Below, piece after piece: positions 8,808-19,325 of a stretch of 64,000 nt of DNA. A model generated the notes under the pieces. The model searched no databases, was not told the origin of the DNA, and saw only the letters and a program-made list of their open reading frames with translations. The translations under genes and the position numbers were made by a program. Positions within the stretch are counted from its first letter, which is position 1; each line of letters opens with the position of its first letter. The DNA comes from an uncultured delta proteobacterium (GTDB lineage Bacteria; Myxococcota; Myxococcia; SLRQ01). The DNA lies in the NCBI GenBank assembly GCA_963727485.1, contig CAVSGM010000002.1:1760001-1824000 (forward strand). The letters run 5' to 3'.

Positions 8808-11287
8808 GCGGGCGCCCCCAGGGGGGCGAGGCGGAGGAGGGTGGCGGCGGCGAGGTAGGCCAGGGCGCCGGCGGCGAGGACCGCGGTGAAGCCCAGGGAC
8901 GAGGCGACCACCACGCTGGCCGCCGACGCCACCACCGAGGCGAAGCCGCTCACCCCCCAGGCGAGGGCGGCCGGCACCGGGCCCCGGGCGCCGGCGGCGC
9001 GCAGGCCCAGGGGGAAGGGCTGGCCCATGAGGAGGCCGAGCGGCGCCACCATCCCCGCGGCGACCGTGGCCCGGGCGACGAGGGGCCAGCCGAGGAGGAG
9101 GTGGGTCACCCCCGGCGCCACCGCCGCGAAGATCCCCACGGCCACCGCCGGCCACAGGGCCACCCGGGGACCGAGGCGCCGGCGGTCGGCGAGGCGCGCC
9201 CCGAGGCCCGAGGAGAGGAGCAGCGCCCCCAGGACCACCGCGAAGGTCACCGTGGGCGGGCCGATGAACAGGCCCAGGGCGTGGACCAGGCCGAGCTCCA
9301 CGAAGAGGTAGGCGAGGCCCAGGGCGCCGAAGTAGGCGAGGACCGCCCCGTGCCCGGCGCCGCGCCTCCGTCCGCCCCGGTGCCGGCGCCCCCCGGCCCA
9401 CAGCGGCAGGGCCGTGAGCCCCAGGGCGACGAGGACCGAGAGCACCAGCAGCAAGGCCACCGAGACCTCCGAGACCGGGGCGTCCTCCAGGGCGAGGCGT
9501 CCCCCGGCGCCGGCGGAGAGGACCCTGGCCACGTCGCCGAGGGTGAGGTCGGTGAACCGTCGCCGGGCGTTGAAGAAGGGCCGGTCGTCGGTGGCCGGGG
9601 TGAAGGCGGCGGTGGCGGTGACCGCCGGGGGCAGGCGGCCCTCGACCAGGGCGGCGTGGCGGGGCCGGTGGCCGGGGCGGGGCCGGTGGCCGGGGCGGGG
9701 CCGGTGGCCGGGAGGTAGAGGGGCTCGAGGTGCGCCGCCGCCAGGGCGGCCCGGGCCGCGGCCACCGTGGAGGCATCGAAGGGCGCCCGGGAGACGATGA
9801 GCCCGGCGGAGAAGCTCCGGCGCCGGCCCGGGCGCGGGGGCACCCGCAGGGCCAGGAGGTGGCGCGCCGGGTCCCGGACCCCCCGGGCGGCGAGGACCGC
9901 CCGCGCCGTCTCCACCAGCTTGCCGAGCTGGGCCTCCGGCCGGGTGACGTAGAGGAGGCCCCGGGGGGTGAGGTGGTCGAGGGCGTCGGTCACCCCCTCG
10001 ACGGTGAGCGTGTAGCTCTCGGCGAGGTCGAGGGCCCCGGCGGCGGTGGCGGCGTTGGAGATGGTGTGGGCGGCGACGAGGACGTCGTAGCGGTGCCGGT
10101 CCCGGCGGAGGAACGCCCGGGCCTCGGCGGTGTGGAGGTGGACCCGGGGATCGGCGAAGAGGTGGCCGAGGTAGCCCGCCTCCCGGCCGGTGACCCAGTC
10201 GTCGATCCCGGGGTTGAGCTCCACCGCGGTCACCGAGGGCGACCCCCGGGTGAGCGCCCCGTAGACCTCGAAGCCGCCCCCGGAGCCCAGGACCAGGACG
10301 GTGGGGTGCGGCCGGAGGTCGAAGGCGACGGTGGTGAGGTCGCGCACGGGGGGCCGGGGGAGGCCCGGGCGGGGGACCCGGGGCAGGCGGGTGAGGGCCA
10401 CGCCTCCGTCGATGAGGATGTAGCGGCGGTGGGCGAGCGCCACCAGGTCGAGGCGCGAGAGGGCGTTCCACCGGTGGGCGAGCTCGGCGCGGCTGCGGAC
10501 CAGGCGGCGCACCGGGATCCCCCCGGCGGTGGTCTTGTCGGGGGTGATGCGCACCGGGAGGAACCTGCCGGCGACGGGGGCCGCCCCCAGGATCGCGACC
10601 CCGGCGACGGCGGCGGCGAGGCGCCCGGGCACCCCCTCGGCGAGGAGGGCGGCGGCGCCGAGGGCGAGGGCGGCGGCGAGCCACACGGTGCCCGTGCCCC
10701 CGAAGGGCCCGAAGGCAAGCACCACCGCCACCGCCCCGGTGCCGGCGCCGGCGAGGTCGAAGGCGTAGAGGCGCGGGGCCGCCTCGGCGAAGCGGGTGAA
10801 CACCACGCCCAGCGCCAGGCCCGAGAGGACGAAGGGCAGGAGCAGGGCCACCAGGTACAAAGGCGCCACCGCCCACTGGGTCGGCGAGGTCCCGAGGCGG
10901 AAGGGCTCGAAGGGCAGGGCGTTGGCGACGGCGAAGCAGACGACCACCGCCCCCGCGAAGGCGGCGGCGAGGCGGGCGACCCGGCGCCGGACCGCCCCGG
11001 CGGCGAGGCCGTGGCCAGAGGGCGAGGACCATCCCCGAGATCCCCACCCCGAGGATGGCGGTGGAGACCACCAGGAAGGCGAAGCTGTACCAGAGGGACA
11101 CCGAGAGCACCCGCACCAGGGCCACCTGGAGGGCCAGGGTCGCCGCCGAGAGGAGGAAGACCGCCGGGCCCAGGCGCCGGGGGTCGGCCCCGCCGGCGGC
11201 CGCGTCCGGCGGGGCGGCGGGAGCGGCGTCTGGCGGATCGACGGAGGAGGGCTGGGACACGTCGCGCACGGGGCCCGATGATGCCAC
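8804..11287 (-). CDS. Multi-pass membrane protein fused to a spermidine-synthase-like SAM-binding domain (frameshifts ~11011 and ~9655)
   Basis: LQVALVRVLSVSLWYSFAFLVVSTAILG, LYAFDLAGAGTG, VLVLGSGGG, VELNP, PATDDRPFF, YFGALGLAYLFVE, AWGVSGFASV; start uncertain. Confidence 0.8.
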   Translation of the reverse strand: MASSGPVRDVSQPSSVDPPDAAPAAPPDAAAGGADPRRLGPAVFLLSAATLALQVALVRVLSVSLWYSFAFLVVSTAILGVGISGMVLALWPRPRRRGGPAPGRPPRRRLRGGGGRLLRRRQRPALRALPPRDLADPVGGGAFVPGGPAPALRPLGPGAGRGVHPLRRGGPAPLRLRPRRRRHRGGGGGACLRALRGHGHRVARRRPRPRRRRPPRRGGARAPRRRRRRGRDPGGGPRRRQVPPGAHHPRQDHRRGDPGAPPGPQPRRARPPVERPLAPRPGGARPPPLHPHRRRRGPHPPAPGPPPGPPPAPRARPHHRRLRPPAAPHRPGPGLRGRLRGLRGAHPGVALGDRGGAQPRDRRLGHRPGGGLPRPPLRRSPGPPPHRRGPGVPPPGPAPLRRPRRRPHHLQRRHRRRGPRPRRELHAHRRGGDRRPRPPHPPGPPLRHPAGGPARQAGGDGAGGPRRPGGPGPGAPPPGPAGAPAPGPAPELLRRAHRLPGALRCLHGGRGPGRPGGGAPRAPLPPGHRPRPGHRPRPGHRPRHAALVEGRLPPAVTATAAFTPATDDRPFFNARRRFTDLTLGDVARVLSAGAGGRLALEDAPVSEVSVALLLVLSVLVALGLTALPLWAGGRRHRGGRRRGAGHGAVLAYFGALGLAYLFVELGLVHALGLFIGPPTVTFAVVLGALLLSSGLGARLADRRRLGPRVALWPAVAVGIFAAVAPGVTHLLLGWPLVARATVAAGMVAPLGLLMGQPFPLGLRAAGARGPVPAALAWGVSGFASVVASAASVVVASSLGFTAVLAAGALAYLAAATLLRLAPLGAPA
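9660..9712. repeat. 18-bp tandem repeat x3 (PATGPA on the minus strand)
   Basis: cggggccggtggccgggg repeated at 9660, 9678, 9696. Confidence 0.85.
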
Positions 11288-11332
11288 GGGCCGCGTCCGG
11301 GGATCAGCGCCGGCGAGCCGCGCAGGTCGTGC

Positions 11333-12814
11333 CTACCGCCCCTCGGCCCACAGCTGCGCCATCCAGGCCTCGACGTCGCCGGTCTCCCGGGGGATCGCGT
11401 CGGAGAGGATCCGGCAGCCCTTGGCGGTGACCACCACGTCGTCCTCGATGCGCACCCCGATGCCCCGGTAGCGCCTCGGCACGGTGAGGTCGTCGGTCTG
11501 GAAGTAGAGCCCCGGCTCCACGGTGAGCACCATCCCCGGCTTCAGGGCCCCGAGCTTGTAGGCCTCCTGCCTCGCCTGGGCGCAGTCGTGGACGTCGAGG
11601 CCGAGCATGTGGCTGACGTTGTGGAGGGTGTAGCGCTTGTAGAACTGGTGCTCGTCGGCGAGCGCCGCCTCGGCGTCGTCGAGGATCCCCAGGCGCTCGA
11701 GGCCCTGGGCCAGCACCTCCATGGCCGCCCGGTTGGGGGCCATGAAGTCGCGCCCGGGCCGCACCTCGGCGAAGGCGGCGCGCTGGGACTCGAGGACCAG
11801 CTCGTAGATCTCGCGCTGGGCCTTGGAGAAGCGCCCGCCGATGGGCAGGGTGCGGGTGATGTCCGCGGTGTAGAGGCTCCTGGCCTCGACCCCGGCGTCG
11901 AGGAGGAGAAGGTCGCGCTTGCGCAGCTTCCCGTCGTTGCGCATCCAGTGGAGGACGCAGGCGTCGGCGCCGGCGCCGGCGATGGTGCCGTAGCCCACGT
12001 CGTTGCCCTCGACCCTCGCCCGGAGGTTGAACACCCCCTCGACGTGGCGCTCGCTCACCGCCTCGGGGAGCGCCCGGATCACGTCCTCGAAGCCGCGCCT
12101 GGTCGACGCGATGGCGCGCGAGAGCGCCTTCACCTCGAACGCGTCCTTGATCAGGCGCATCTCGGAGAGGAACACGGCGAGCTCGCGGTCCCGGTCGGTG
12201 GCGGCGCCGAGGACCCCGTCGACCTCGGCGTCGACGCTCCGGAGCACCCGGTGGGGCCGGGTCGCCTTGCCCCCGCGCAGGTCCTTCAGGGTGGCCTTCA
12301 GCTCGCCGAGGCCCCGGGCGGCGTGGACCCCGTAGCGCGCCCGGCTCTCGTCGACCCCGAGGCGCGCCCCGACCCACAGCTCGCCCTTGACCCGGTCGGT
12401 GAAGAAGGTGGCGTCGGTCTTCCCGGGGTTGGGCTCCACGAAGAGCACGTCCCGGTGGCCGCCGCCGGCCTTCGGCTCCATCACCAGCACCCCGTCGGGC
12501 TCGGTGCACCCGGTCAGGTAGTAGAACTCCGTATTGGGGCGGAACCGGTAGTAGGTGTCGTTGGCCCGGACCTTCTCGTGGCCGGTGGGGATGATCAGGG
12601 TCTCCCCGCGGAACCGCTTGGAGAGGGCCCGCCTGCGCGCATGGAAGTGTGCCGCCCCGTCGATGGGAGGCGGAAGCTTGCGCGCGCGGGGCTCCCAGCC
12701 CTGGACCATGAAGTCGAGGAGGGCGTCGGGGGGCGCGGTGTCGTGGGAGGCGGCCTTCCCCTCGGGGGGGCGCTGCGGGCGGCGGGCGGGCTTCTCCTGG
12801 GTGGCGCGCTTCAT
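11333..12814 (-). CDS. pepP: Xaa-Pro aminopeptidase (M24B)
   Basis: RANDTYYRFRPNTEFYYLTG, LLLDAGVE, YTADITRT, HMLGLDVHD, TVEPGLYF, GVRIEDD; RBS GAGGGAG. Confidence 0.92.
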   Translation of the reverse strand: MKRATQEKPARRPQRPPEGKAASHDTAPPDALLDFMVQGWEPRARKLPPPIDGAAHFHARRRALSKRFRGETLIIPTGHEKVRANDTYYRFRPNTEFYYLTGCTEPDGVLVMEPKAGGGHRDVLFVEPNPGKTDATFFTDRVKGELWVGARLGVDESRARYGVHAARGLGELKATLKDLRGGKATRPHRVLRSVDAEVDGVLGAATDRDRELAVFLSEMRLIKDAFEVKALSRAIASTRRGFEDVIRALPEAVSERHVEGVFNLRARVEGNDVGYGTIAGAGADACVLHWMRNDGKLRKRDLLLLDAGVEARSLYTADITRTLPIGGRFSKAQREIYELVLESQRAAFAEVRPGRDFMAPNRAAMEVLAQGLERLGILDDAEAALADEHQFYKRYTLHNVSHMLGLDVHDCAQARQEAYKLGALKPGMVLTVEPGLYFQTDDLTVPRRYRGIGVRIEDDVVVTAKGCRILSDAIPRETGDVEAWMAQLWAEGR

Positions 12815-12850
12815 GTCGACTCCCTCTATCACACCGGGACCACCGGAGCG

Positions 12851-12866
12851 TGGCACACCGGTTGCT
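12851..12866 (+). promoter_or_regulatory. sigma54 (-24/-12) promoter
   Basis: TGGCACACCGGTTGCT is an exact TGGCAC-N5-TTGCW match in a divergent intergenic gap. Confidence 0.7.
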
Positions 12867-12878
12867 ACGCAGGGGAGG

Positions 12879-13769
12879 ATGGTGAGCGTCGCCGAGGAAC
12901 GCAAGCCGGGGGGCCGGGCTGGCCTGCGCATCGGACTGGGGGTCCTCGGGGCGGGGATGGCGGTGGTCGTCGGGCAGGCGCTGGGGGGGCAGCTCCTCGG
13001 GCTGCTGGGCCTGCCCGCACCGCCGCTCCCCGAGGGAACCGATGTCGCAGGCCTCGCCCGGATGTTGCCCCTGGCGGCGGGGGTCCTGGCGCTCGGCCTG
13101 GCGCCGCTCGCCGTGGGGCTCCGGGCGCCGGCGTGGCTGCGCTTCGCGGTGCTCACCGCCCTGGTCTACGGGGTGTGGGGGGTGGCCATGGCCCTGGAGG
13201 CGCGCCTCTTCGTCGCCCGGGGCGCCGGCTCCGCCGGCTACCTCGTCTATGGCCTCGCCAGCCCCGTCCTCCCCAGCCTCGGCGCCGGTGCCGCCCTCGC
13301 CGTCCTGGGCCACGCCGGCCCGCTGCCCGCCCGCCGGCACCTCGCCCCGGCGGCCTGGCTCGGCCGGAGCGCGGCGCTCCTGGTGCTCTTCCCCTTGGCC
13401 TACGTGGGTTTCGGGTGGCTCGCCTACCAGTTCGTGGGCGTGGTGTACCGCGAGGGCGCCTTCGGCCTCACCGAGCCCGGGTGGGCGCAGCTCCTGCCCA
13501 CCCTCGGTGCCCGCAGCGTCCTCCTGGCGTTGGTGGTGGGGCCGGTGGTGCGCCTCTGGGACCAGGACGCGGGCAGGCTCCCGGTGGCCCTGGGCCTCGG
13601 CCTCTTCGTCCTCCTCGGCGGCTACCACGGGGTGCTCGGGTACTGGCTGCCCGCGGGCCTGCGCCTGGTCCACGGCCTGGGAATCCTCGCCGGCGCCCTC
13701 TTCTACGCCTCGGCGGCGGCGGTGCTCCTCTGCGTGCCCCCGTCGCGCCGGACGGCGGTGGCGGCCTGA
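12879..13769 (+). CDS. Multi-pass membrane protein of unknown function
   Basis: About 8 hydrophobic segments; no recognisable motif. Confidence 0.7.
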   Translation: MVSVAEERKPGGRAGLRIGLGVLGAGMAVVVGQALGGQLLGLLGLPAPPLPEGTDVAGLARMLPLAAGVLALGLAPLAVGLRAPAWLRFAVLTALVYGVWGVAMALEARLFVARGAGSAGYLVYGLASPVLPSLGAGAALAVLGHAGPLPARRHLAPAAWLGRSAALLVLFPLAYVGFGWLAYQFVGVVYREGAFGLTEPGWAQLLPTLGARSVLLALVVGPVVRLWDQDAGRLPVALGLGLFVLLGGYHGVLGYWLPAGLRLVHGLGILAGALFYASAAAVLLCVPPSRRTAVAA

Positions 13770-13841
13770 ACGGGATCGCCGGCGCGCCCCCCAACCGGCC
13801 CCGGGCTTGTGGTCCGAAGCCCCAGCCCGCATGATGCGCCC

Positions 13842-14669
13842 GTGGCCGAACTGACCCGCGAGCTCGAAGTCGCCCGCCGGCTGGCCCTCGAGGCCGGCCG
13901 CCTGGTCATGGATCTCTACGGCCGGGTGGACCGGGAGGCGAAGCCCGGCGACGAGCCGGTGACCGAGGCCGATCGCGCCGCCAACGCGATCCTGGTCGAC
14001 GGCCTCACCGCCGCCTTCCCGGGCGACGGCATCCTCGCCGAGGAGAGCGCCCCCCACCCCGAGTGGTGGAAGAAACGCCGGGTGTGGTGCGTGGATCCCA
14101 TCGACGGCACCAAGGAGTACCTCGCCCAGAACGGCGAGTTCGCGGTGATGCTCGGGCTCGCCGACGGCAGCCGCGCGGTCCTGGGCGTGGTGCTGCTCCC
14201 GGCCCGGGGCGTCCTCTATGTCGGCGGGCCGGCGCTCGGGACCGTGGCCCTCTCGGTGGAGGACGGCACCGAGACCGCCCTCCACGTCAGCGACCACCGG
14301 GACCTCTCGCAGATGACCATGGCCATCTCCCGGAGCCACCGCTCCCGCCGGGTGGGGGCCATGGCCAGGCGCCTGGGCATCACCAAGGAGGTCCGCAGCG
14401 GCAGCGTGGGGGTGAAGCTGGGCCTGGTGGCCACCGCCGCCTGCGACGTCTACCTGCACCCCGCGGGGGGCACCAAGCTCTGGGATGCCTGCGGCCCCGA
14501 CGCCGTCCTCGCCGGCGCCGGGGGCGTGCTCACCGACTGCCACGGCCGGCCCATCGACTACGACACCGACGTGGTGGAGAACCGCGCCGGCCTGGTGGCC
14601 AGCAACGGCCCCTGCCACGACGAGATCATCGCGCGGATCCGCCCGGTGGTGGAGGACGCCGGGCTCTGA
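13842..14669 (+). CDS. cysQ: 3'(2'),5'-bisphosphate nucleotidase / inositol monophosphatase family
   Basis: PVTEADRAAN, ILAEES, WCVDPIDGTKEY, SRSH, GSVGVKL, KLWDACGP. Confidence 0.85.
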   Translation: MAELTRELEVARRLALEAGRLVMDLYGRVDREAKPGDEPVTEADRAANAILVDGLTAAFPGDGILAEESAPHPEWWKKRRVWCVDPIDGTKEYLAQNGEFAVMLGLADGSRAVLGVVLLPARGVLYVGGPALGTVALSVEDGTETALHVSDHRDLSQMTMAISRSHRSRRVGAMARRLGITKEVRSGSVGVKLGLVATAACDVYLHPAGGTKLWDACGPDAVLAGAGGVLTDCHGRPIDYDTDVVENRAGLVASNGPCHDEIIARIRPVVEDAGL

Positions 14670-14699
14670 CGCCCGGGACGGGCCACCTCGCCGAGGCGG

Positions 14700-16470
14700 T
14701 CACTCACCCTGGGGCAGGCGCACGACCAGGCCGGTGTCCCCGGCGGTCACGGTCATCGGGTGGAAGCCGGGGGCGTGGACGGTGAGCCGGTAGCGCCCCG
14801 GCGCCAGGTGGCCCACCACGAAGTGCCCGGTGCCGCCGCTGCCGCCCACCACCGTGAGCTTGGGATCGCCCAGGTGGACCAGGCGCAGATCCACGAAGGG
14901 CACCCGCTTGCCCTTCGGGTCGAGGAGGTCGCCCTCCACGGTGAGGGCCGGGCGCAGGTGGAGGGTCTGGGGGCCGGCGCCGGCGGTGAGGGTGGTGCCC
15001 GGCGGGATGCGCCAGTGGGCGCCGCTCATCAGGAAGGTGGGGATGTAGGCCCCCGGCGGGAGGGGGCCCTGGCTGTGGAGCTGGCCGCCGTCGCCGCTGC
15101 TGGCGTAGGACACGGCCGCGTGGGTGCCCTTCGCCGGGTGGAGGATGAGGCGCAGGCCCGGGATCCCCTGGCCCCCGGGGTCGACGGCGCGGCCGGTGAG
15201 CACCGCGCCGTGCACCGCCTCGAGGTCCACCGTGTCCTGGTCGGGGACCTCCAGCTTCCTTGGCGGCACCACCAGGTCCCCGGCGACGTCTGCGGACAAG
15301 AGGTAGGTGCCCGCCGCCAGGGCGATGTGGACCTCCGTCTTCCCCTGGGGCAGGGGGAGATGGCGGTCGTAGGGCCAGGCGCCCCGGCCGGTCCGCGCCA
15401 CGTCGAGCATCGGGAGATCGCCGTGGCCGGTGAGCGCGTGGCCGTCGGGGTCGAGGACGCGGACGGCAATCTCGCTCCCCTCGTGGAGCACCACCTCAAT
15501 CGGCACCTTCCCACCGCCGTCGTTCGGGTACAGCGCCTGCGCCCGCGGCCGGCCCGGGGCCCGGGCCTCCACCACGTAGTTCCCGTGATGGGGCACCGGC
15601 GTGATCTCCAGGTGCCCGTCCTCGTCGACGGGGTGCCAGGTGAACCAGGGCGAGCCCGCGTCCTTGGGGTCCACCGGCATGCCCTGGCCGGACAGGCGCA
15701 CCGCGGCGTCGGGGACCGGGTCCCCCGCGGGGGTGACCACGTGGACCTCGAGGGCCTCCTGGGCGAGGAGGGTGAGGACCACGCCGTCCACCCTGCCCGG
15801 GCGGGCGTCGATCTGGACGAGCTTGCTCTGGCGCGCGCCCCGGGTCGCCTGGAGCTGGACGATCTTCCGGGGGAGGCAGGCGAGGGTGAAGGTCCCGTCG
15901 GCATCGGTCGTCACCGGCGGGCAGCGCAGGTCGAGGGGCCTGCCCACCGAGACGCCGGCCGCGGGCGCCCCGTCGGCCAGCACCTTGCCGGTGACCACCG
16001 CCGCCTTCTCCAGGCTCACCCGGTGGGGTCCGGCCGGTCCGAAGCGCTGCTCCTTCGGGGAGAAGCCGTCGGCGCCGAGGGGCACCCGGGGCGCCGCGGC
16101 CGGTGCGCACCAGGAAGGTGAACGCGGCCGGCCGCCAGGCCCGGGTGAGGGCCGAGTGGCGGGTGAGGGTGGGGATCGAGGTGGGGGACCGGGACGCCGT
16201 CCCCCTCCACCGGATCGCCCCGGCGATCCCGGACCTGGATCCGCAGGTCGTGCTCGGTGCGCAGGACCAGGGTCACGGTCTCGGGGCCGGGCCGAGCCAG
16301 GTGAGGGTGACGTGCACCGCCTCCCCGCGCTGGGCGAGGCCCGGGGTCACCGTCCCCTGGACCGCGCCGGTGGTCGGCGGGGGCCGGCGACCGTGGAGGG
16401 CCACGGCGATCCCCGCCGCCACCGCCAGGCCGCCCGCCGCCATCGCCAGCCACCCTCTTGCCCGGTGCAC
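14700..16470 (-). CDS. Secreted/anchored protein with carboxypeptidase-regulatory-like beta-sandwich repeats (several frameshifts 16090-16290)
   Basis: Repeats such as VTGKVLADGAPAAGVSV, VVTPAGDPVPDAAVRL, GRAVDPGGQGIPG, LAPGRYRLTVHAPGF; N-terminal TM after GTG 16470 lies in a different frame. Confidence 0.7.
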
Positions 16471-16652
16471 CTGCCCCCTCTCGCGCCCCTCCGGCGCACC
16501 TCGGGAGTCTACCTCAGCCGGCGACCCTCGGACCGGGCCGATCCCCCAGGGCACCCGCCGCCCTTGTGGGCGCGACCCGCCTCGGCCATCATCCGGCCGT
16601 GACGCACACGAGCCAGTCGGGGACTTGCCCCGGCGCCGGGAGCGCGTAGACC

Positions 16653-17381
16653 ATGGGTGTGACCTCGCCGACCCCACCCCAGCCCCAGGGGCGCATCGAG
16701 GGGGCCCGCGTCGCGGACCGGGCCCTGCATCCCCTGCCGCCCCCGGAGCCGGCGCCGCACCTGGTGCCCCGGGGGATCCTCGGCGCCTTCGCCGCCGCCG
16801 CCTGGGGGCTGCTCGGGACCGTCGCCACCCAGCGCCACATGAAGGTCCACGTGACCTCGGCGGTGATGGTGATGATCGTCGGGATGGCCCTGCCCCTCGA
16901 TCTCGCGTCCCGGACGGCGCTGCTCTTCGCGGTGGCCCTGGTGTTCTTCGCGGAGATCCTCAACACCGCCCTCGAGGCCTTCGTCGACCTCCACATCCGC
17001 GACTTCGCCGAGGCGGCGATGGTGGCCAAGGACGCCGCCGCCGCCGGGGTGCTGGTCCTGGCGCTGGCCACGGTGGCGGTCCTCGCCGACATCCTCTGGG
17101 TGCAGTGGGACGTGGTGGTCGCTTCGTCGGCGGCGGTGGAGCGGAGCCTCGCCTTCGGCCTGCCGCTGACCGCGGTGGCCATCGCCCTGCTCTTCGGGCC
17201 GGCGAAGGCGTGGCTGCGCGCCGGCCTCGGCGTCGCCGCGGTGGGCCTGGCCCTGCCGCTTTGGGCCCACAGCAGCGACCCGGTGTTCTCGGTGCTCCTG
17301 GGGGTGCTGCTGGCGCTGGCGGTCCTCGCCCGGGAGCGGCCCTTCAGCCCGCCGCCGTTGTCGTCGACGCCCGGCGGGTGA
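16653..17381 (+). CDS. dgkA: Diacylglycerol/undecaprenol kinase family protein with extra C-terminal TM segments
   Basis: QRHMKVH, FAEILNTALEAFVDL, VAKDAAAAGVL. Confidence 0.8.
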   Translation: MGVTSPTPPQPQGRIEGARVADRALHPLPPPEPAPHLVPRGILGAFAAAAWGLLGTVATQRHMKVHVTSAVMVMIVGMALPLDLASRTALLFAVALVFFAEILNTALEAFVDLHIRDFAEAAMVAKDAAAAGVLVLALATVAVLADILWVQWDVVVASSAAVERSLAFGLPLTAVAIALLFGPAKAWLRAGLGVAAVGLALPLWAHSSDPVFSVLLGVLLALAVLARERPFSPPPLSSTPGG

Positions 17382-19231
17382 AGCGCAGCACCGACACCGG
17401 CGCCTCGAAGCCCTTGGCCTCGACCTCCAGGGGCTCGGCGGACCAGCCCTCGGCCTCCAGGAGCGCCCCGTAGCCGGCGCGCTCGGCGGTCTCCCGGGCC
17501 ACGAGGATGTCCTCGCCGCGGCTGCGCGCCTGGACCCGGGCCGCGAGGTTGACGGTGGTCCCGAAGTAGTCGAGGCGGCCGTCGAGGTTCACGGCGATGC
17601 AGGGCCCGTCGGCGACCCCGATCTTCACCCGGATCCGGTCGTCGACCCCGAGCGCCGCGACGGTCCGGTCCACCGCCGCCTGGAGGCGCGCCGCCGCCTT
17701 CAGCGCCTGGTCGGCCCGGGGGAAGACGGCCATCACCGCGTCGCCGATGGTCTTCACCAGGGCCCCGCCCTCCTCGGCGATGACCTCCCGGAGCCCGTCG
17801 AAGTGGGTCCACACCAGGCGAAAGGCCCGGGCGTCGCCGATGCGCCGGTAGAGGGCGGTGGAGCCCACCACGTCGGTGAACAGGATGGTGGTCCGCTCCA
17901 CCGCCAGCTTCACCCCCGGGGCCAGCGCCTCGGTGGAGAAGAGGTCCCGGAAGTGCTGGGTGGCCACGAGCTCGCCGGCGGAGAGGGTGTCCTGGATCCA
18001 CTCGGTGGTCTCCAGGGTCACCAGCACCGGGGCGTCCCCGACGTTCTCGAGGGTCACGGACACCGGGGCGTCGGCGGCCAGCGCCAGGTCGTCCCCCACC
18101 TCCCCGAGGCGCAGGGACAGGGGATCCGCGGCGCCGTCGTCGGCCACGTCCACCCACCGGAAGCGATCCGAGGCCGAGTCCCGGAGGCGGTAGCGCCCCG
18201 GGGGCAGGCGCCAGGGGGCCTGGTGGTGCTCCCCGGCCTCGAGGCGGTGCTGGAAGAACACGTGGGGGTTGGAGCCGGGGCCCCCGAGGCAGAAGCGCGC
18301 GGTCTCCACCGCGCGGATCCCCGGGTGGGGGGCGAAGACCGCCTCGACGTTCCGGGAGAGGTCCACGTCGAAGTGGAGGTCGCAGGCGCTGCAGTAGGCC
18401 GACTCGCGGACGGCGTCGAGGCGCTCGAGGTTGGCGCGGTCGCCGCGGCAGTGGGGGCAGAGGACGTCCCAGCGCATGGTCACCAGGCCCGCCTCGGTGG
18501 CCGCGAGGAAGAGCTCGAGGACCTCCCGGCGCTCGGCCTCCCAGAGCCGCGCGTAGCGGTAGGGGCGCATGCGGAAGAGCTGCACCGGGTCCTCGGTGGA
18601 GAGCGCCTCGCCGAGGCGGGGCCAGTGGGGCGAGGGGTGGCGCTCGGCGGCCCGGGCGAGGCCCCGGTCGATCCGGGCGCGGGTGGCGGGATCCGCCGCC
18701 CGGGGGCCCCCGGGGGCGCCCGGAGATCGCCGCGGGGAGGCCGAGGATCTCCTCGGGGTCCCGGCCGGCGGCGAGGGCCGCGTCGAAGGCGGCGTAGGTC
18801 CCGGCGAGGCGACCCAGCTCGCCGTGACGGACCATCAGCGAGGCCACGATCCCGCCGAGGCCCCGGGGCTGGTAGGCGAGGCGCAGGGTGGCGGTGCAGC
18901 CGCCGTGGTCCCAGTCGCCCTCGGTGTCGGGCGTCAGGCGGACCTCCACCTCGAGCCAGGCGAGGGGCCCCCGGAGGAAGATCCGGCGCACCCCGTGGCA
19001 GTGGCCGTAGCTCCACTCGAAGGGCAGCTCCTCGTACTCGACCTCCATCGGCCCCAGGAGCTTCTGGGTGCCGAACCGCCGCGCCGGGCCGTGGGCCTGG
19101 GCCTCCTCGCGATAGGTCACCGGCGCCCGGCCGGCGAGGAGGTTGACCTGCTCGGTGTGGGCCACCAGCGGCCACACCCGGCGCACCGGGTGGTCGAAGT
19201 GGTGGCTGAAGCCTTCCTCGCGTGCACGCAT
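17344..19231 (-). CDS. Soluble class III adenylate cyclase with SRPBCC-like N-terminus and Cys4 (DUF5939-like) middle domain (frameshift ~18700)
   Basis: ELPFEWSYG; CPHCRG...CSACD; FCLGGP; ILFTDVVGST, LVKTIGDAVMA, DYFGTTVNLAARVQ. Confidence 0.85.
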
Positions 19232-19249
19232 CCGCTGGTCCCCTCTTCA

Positions 19250-19306
19250 ATCATACCCCGGCGCGAGTCACGGTGCGCCCGGTCGGTTGGGGTGGAGGTG
19301 TATGAT
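19250..19306. promoter_or_regulatory. Divergent pair of TATGAT -10 elements
   Basis: ATCATA at 19250-19255 (TATGAT on minus) and TATGAT at 19301-19306, each ~20 nt before the respective ATG. Confidence 0.5.
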
Positions 19307-19325
19307 CCCCAGGCCCCGTCCGCCC

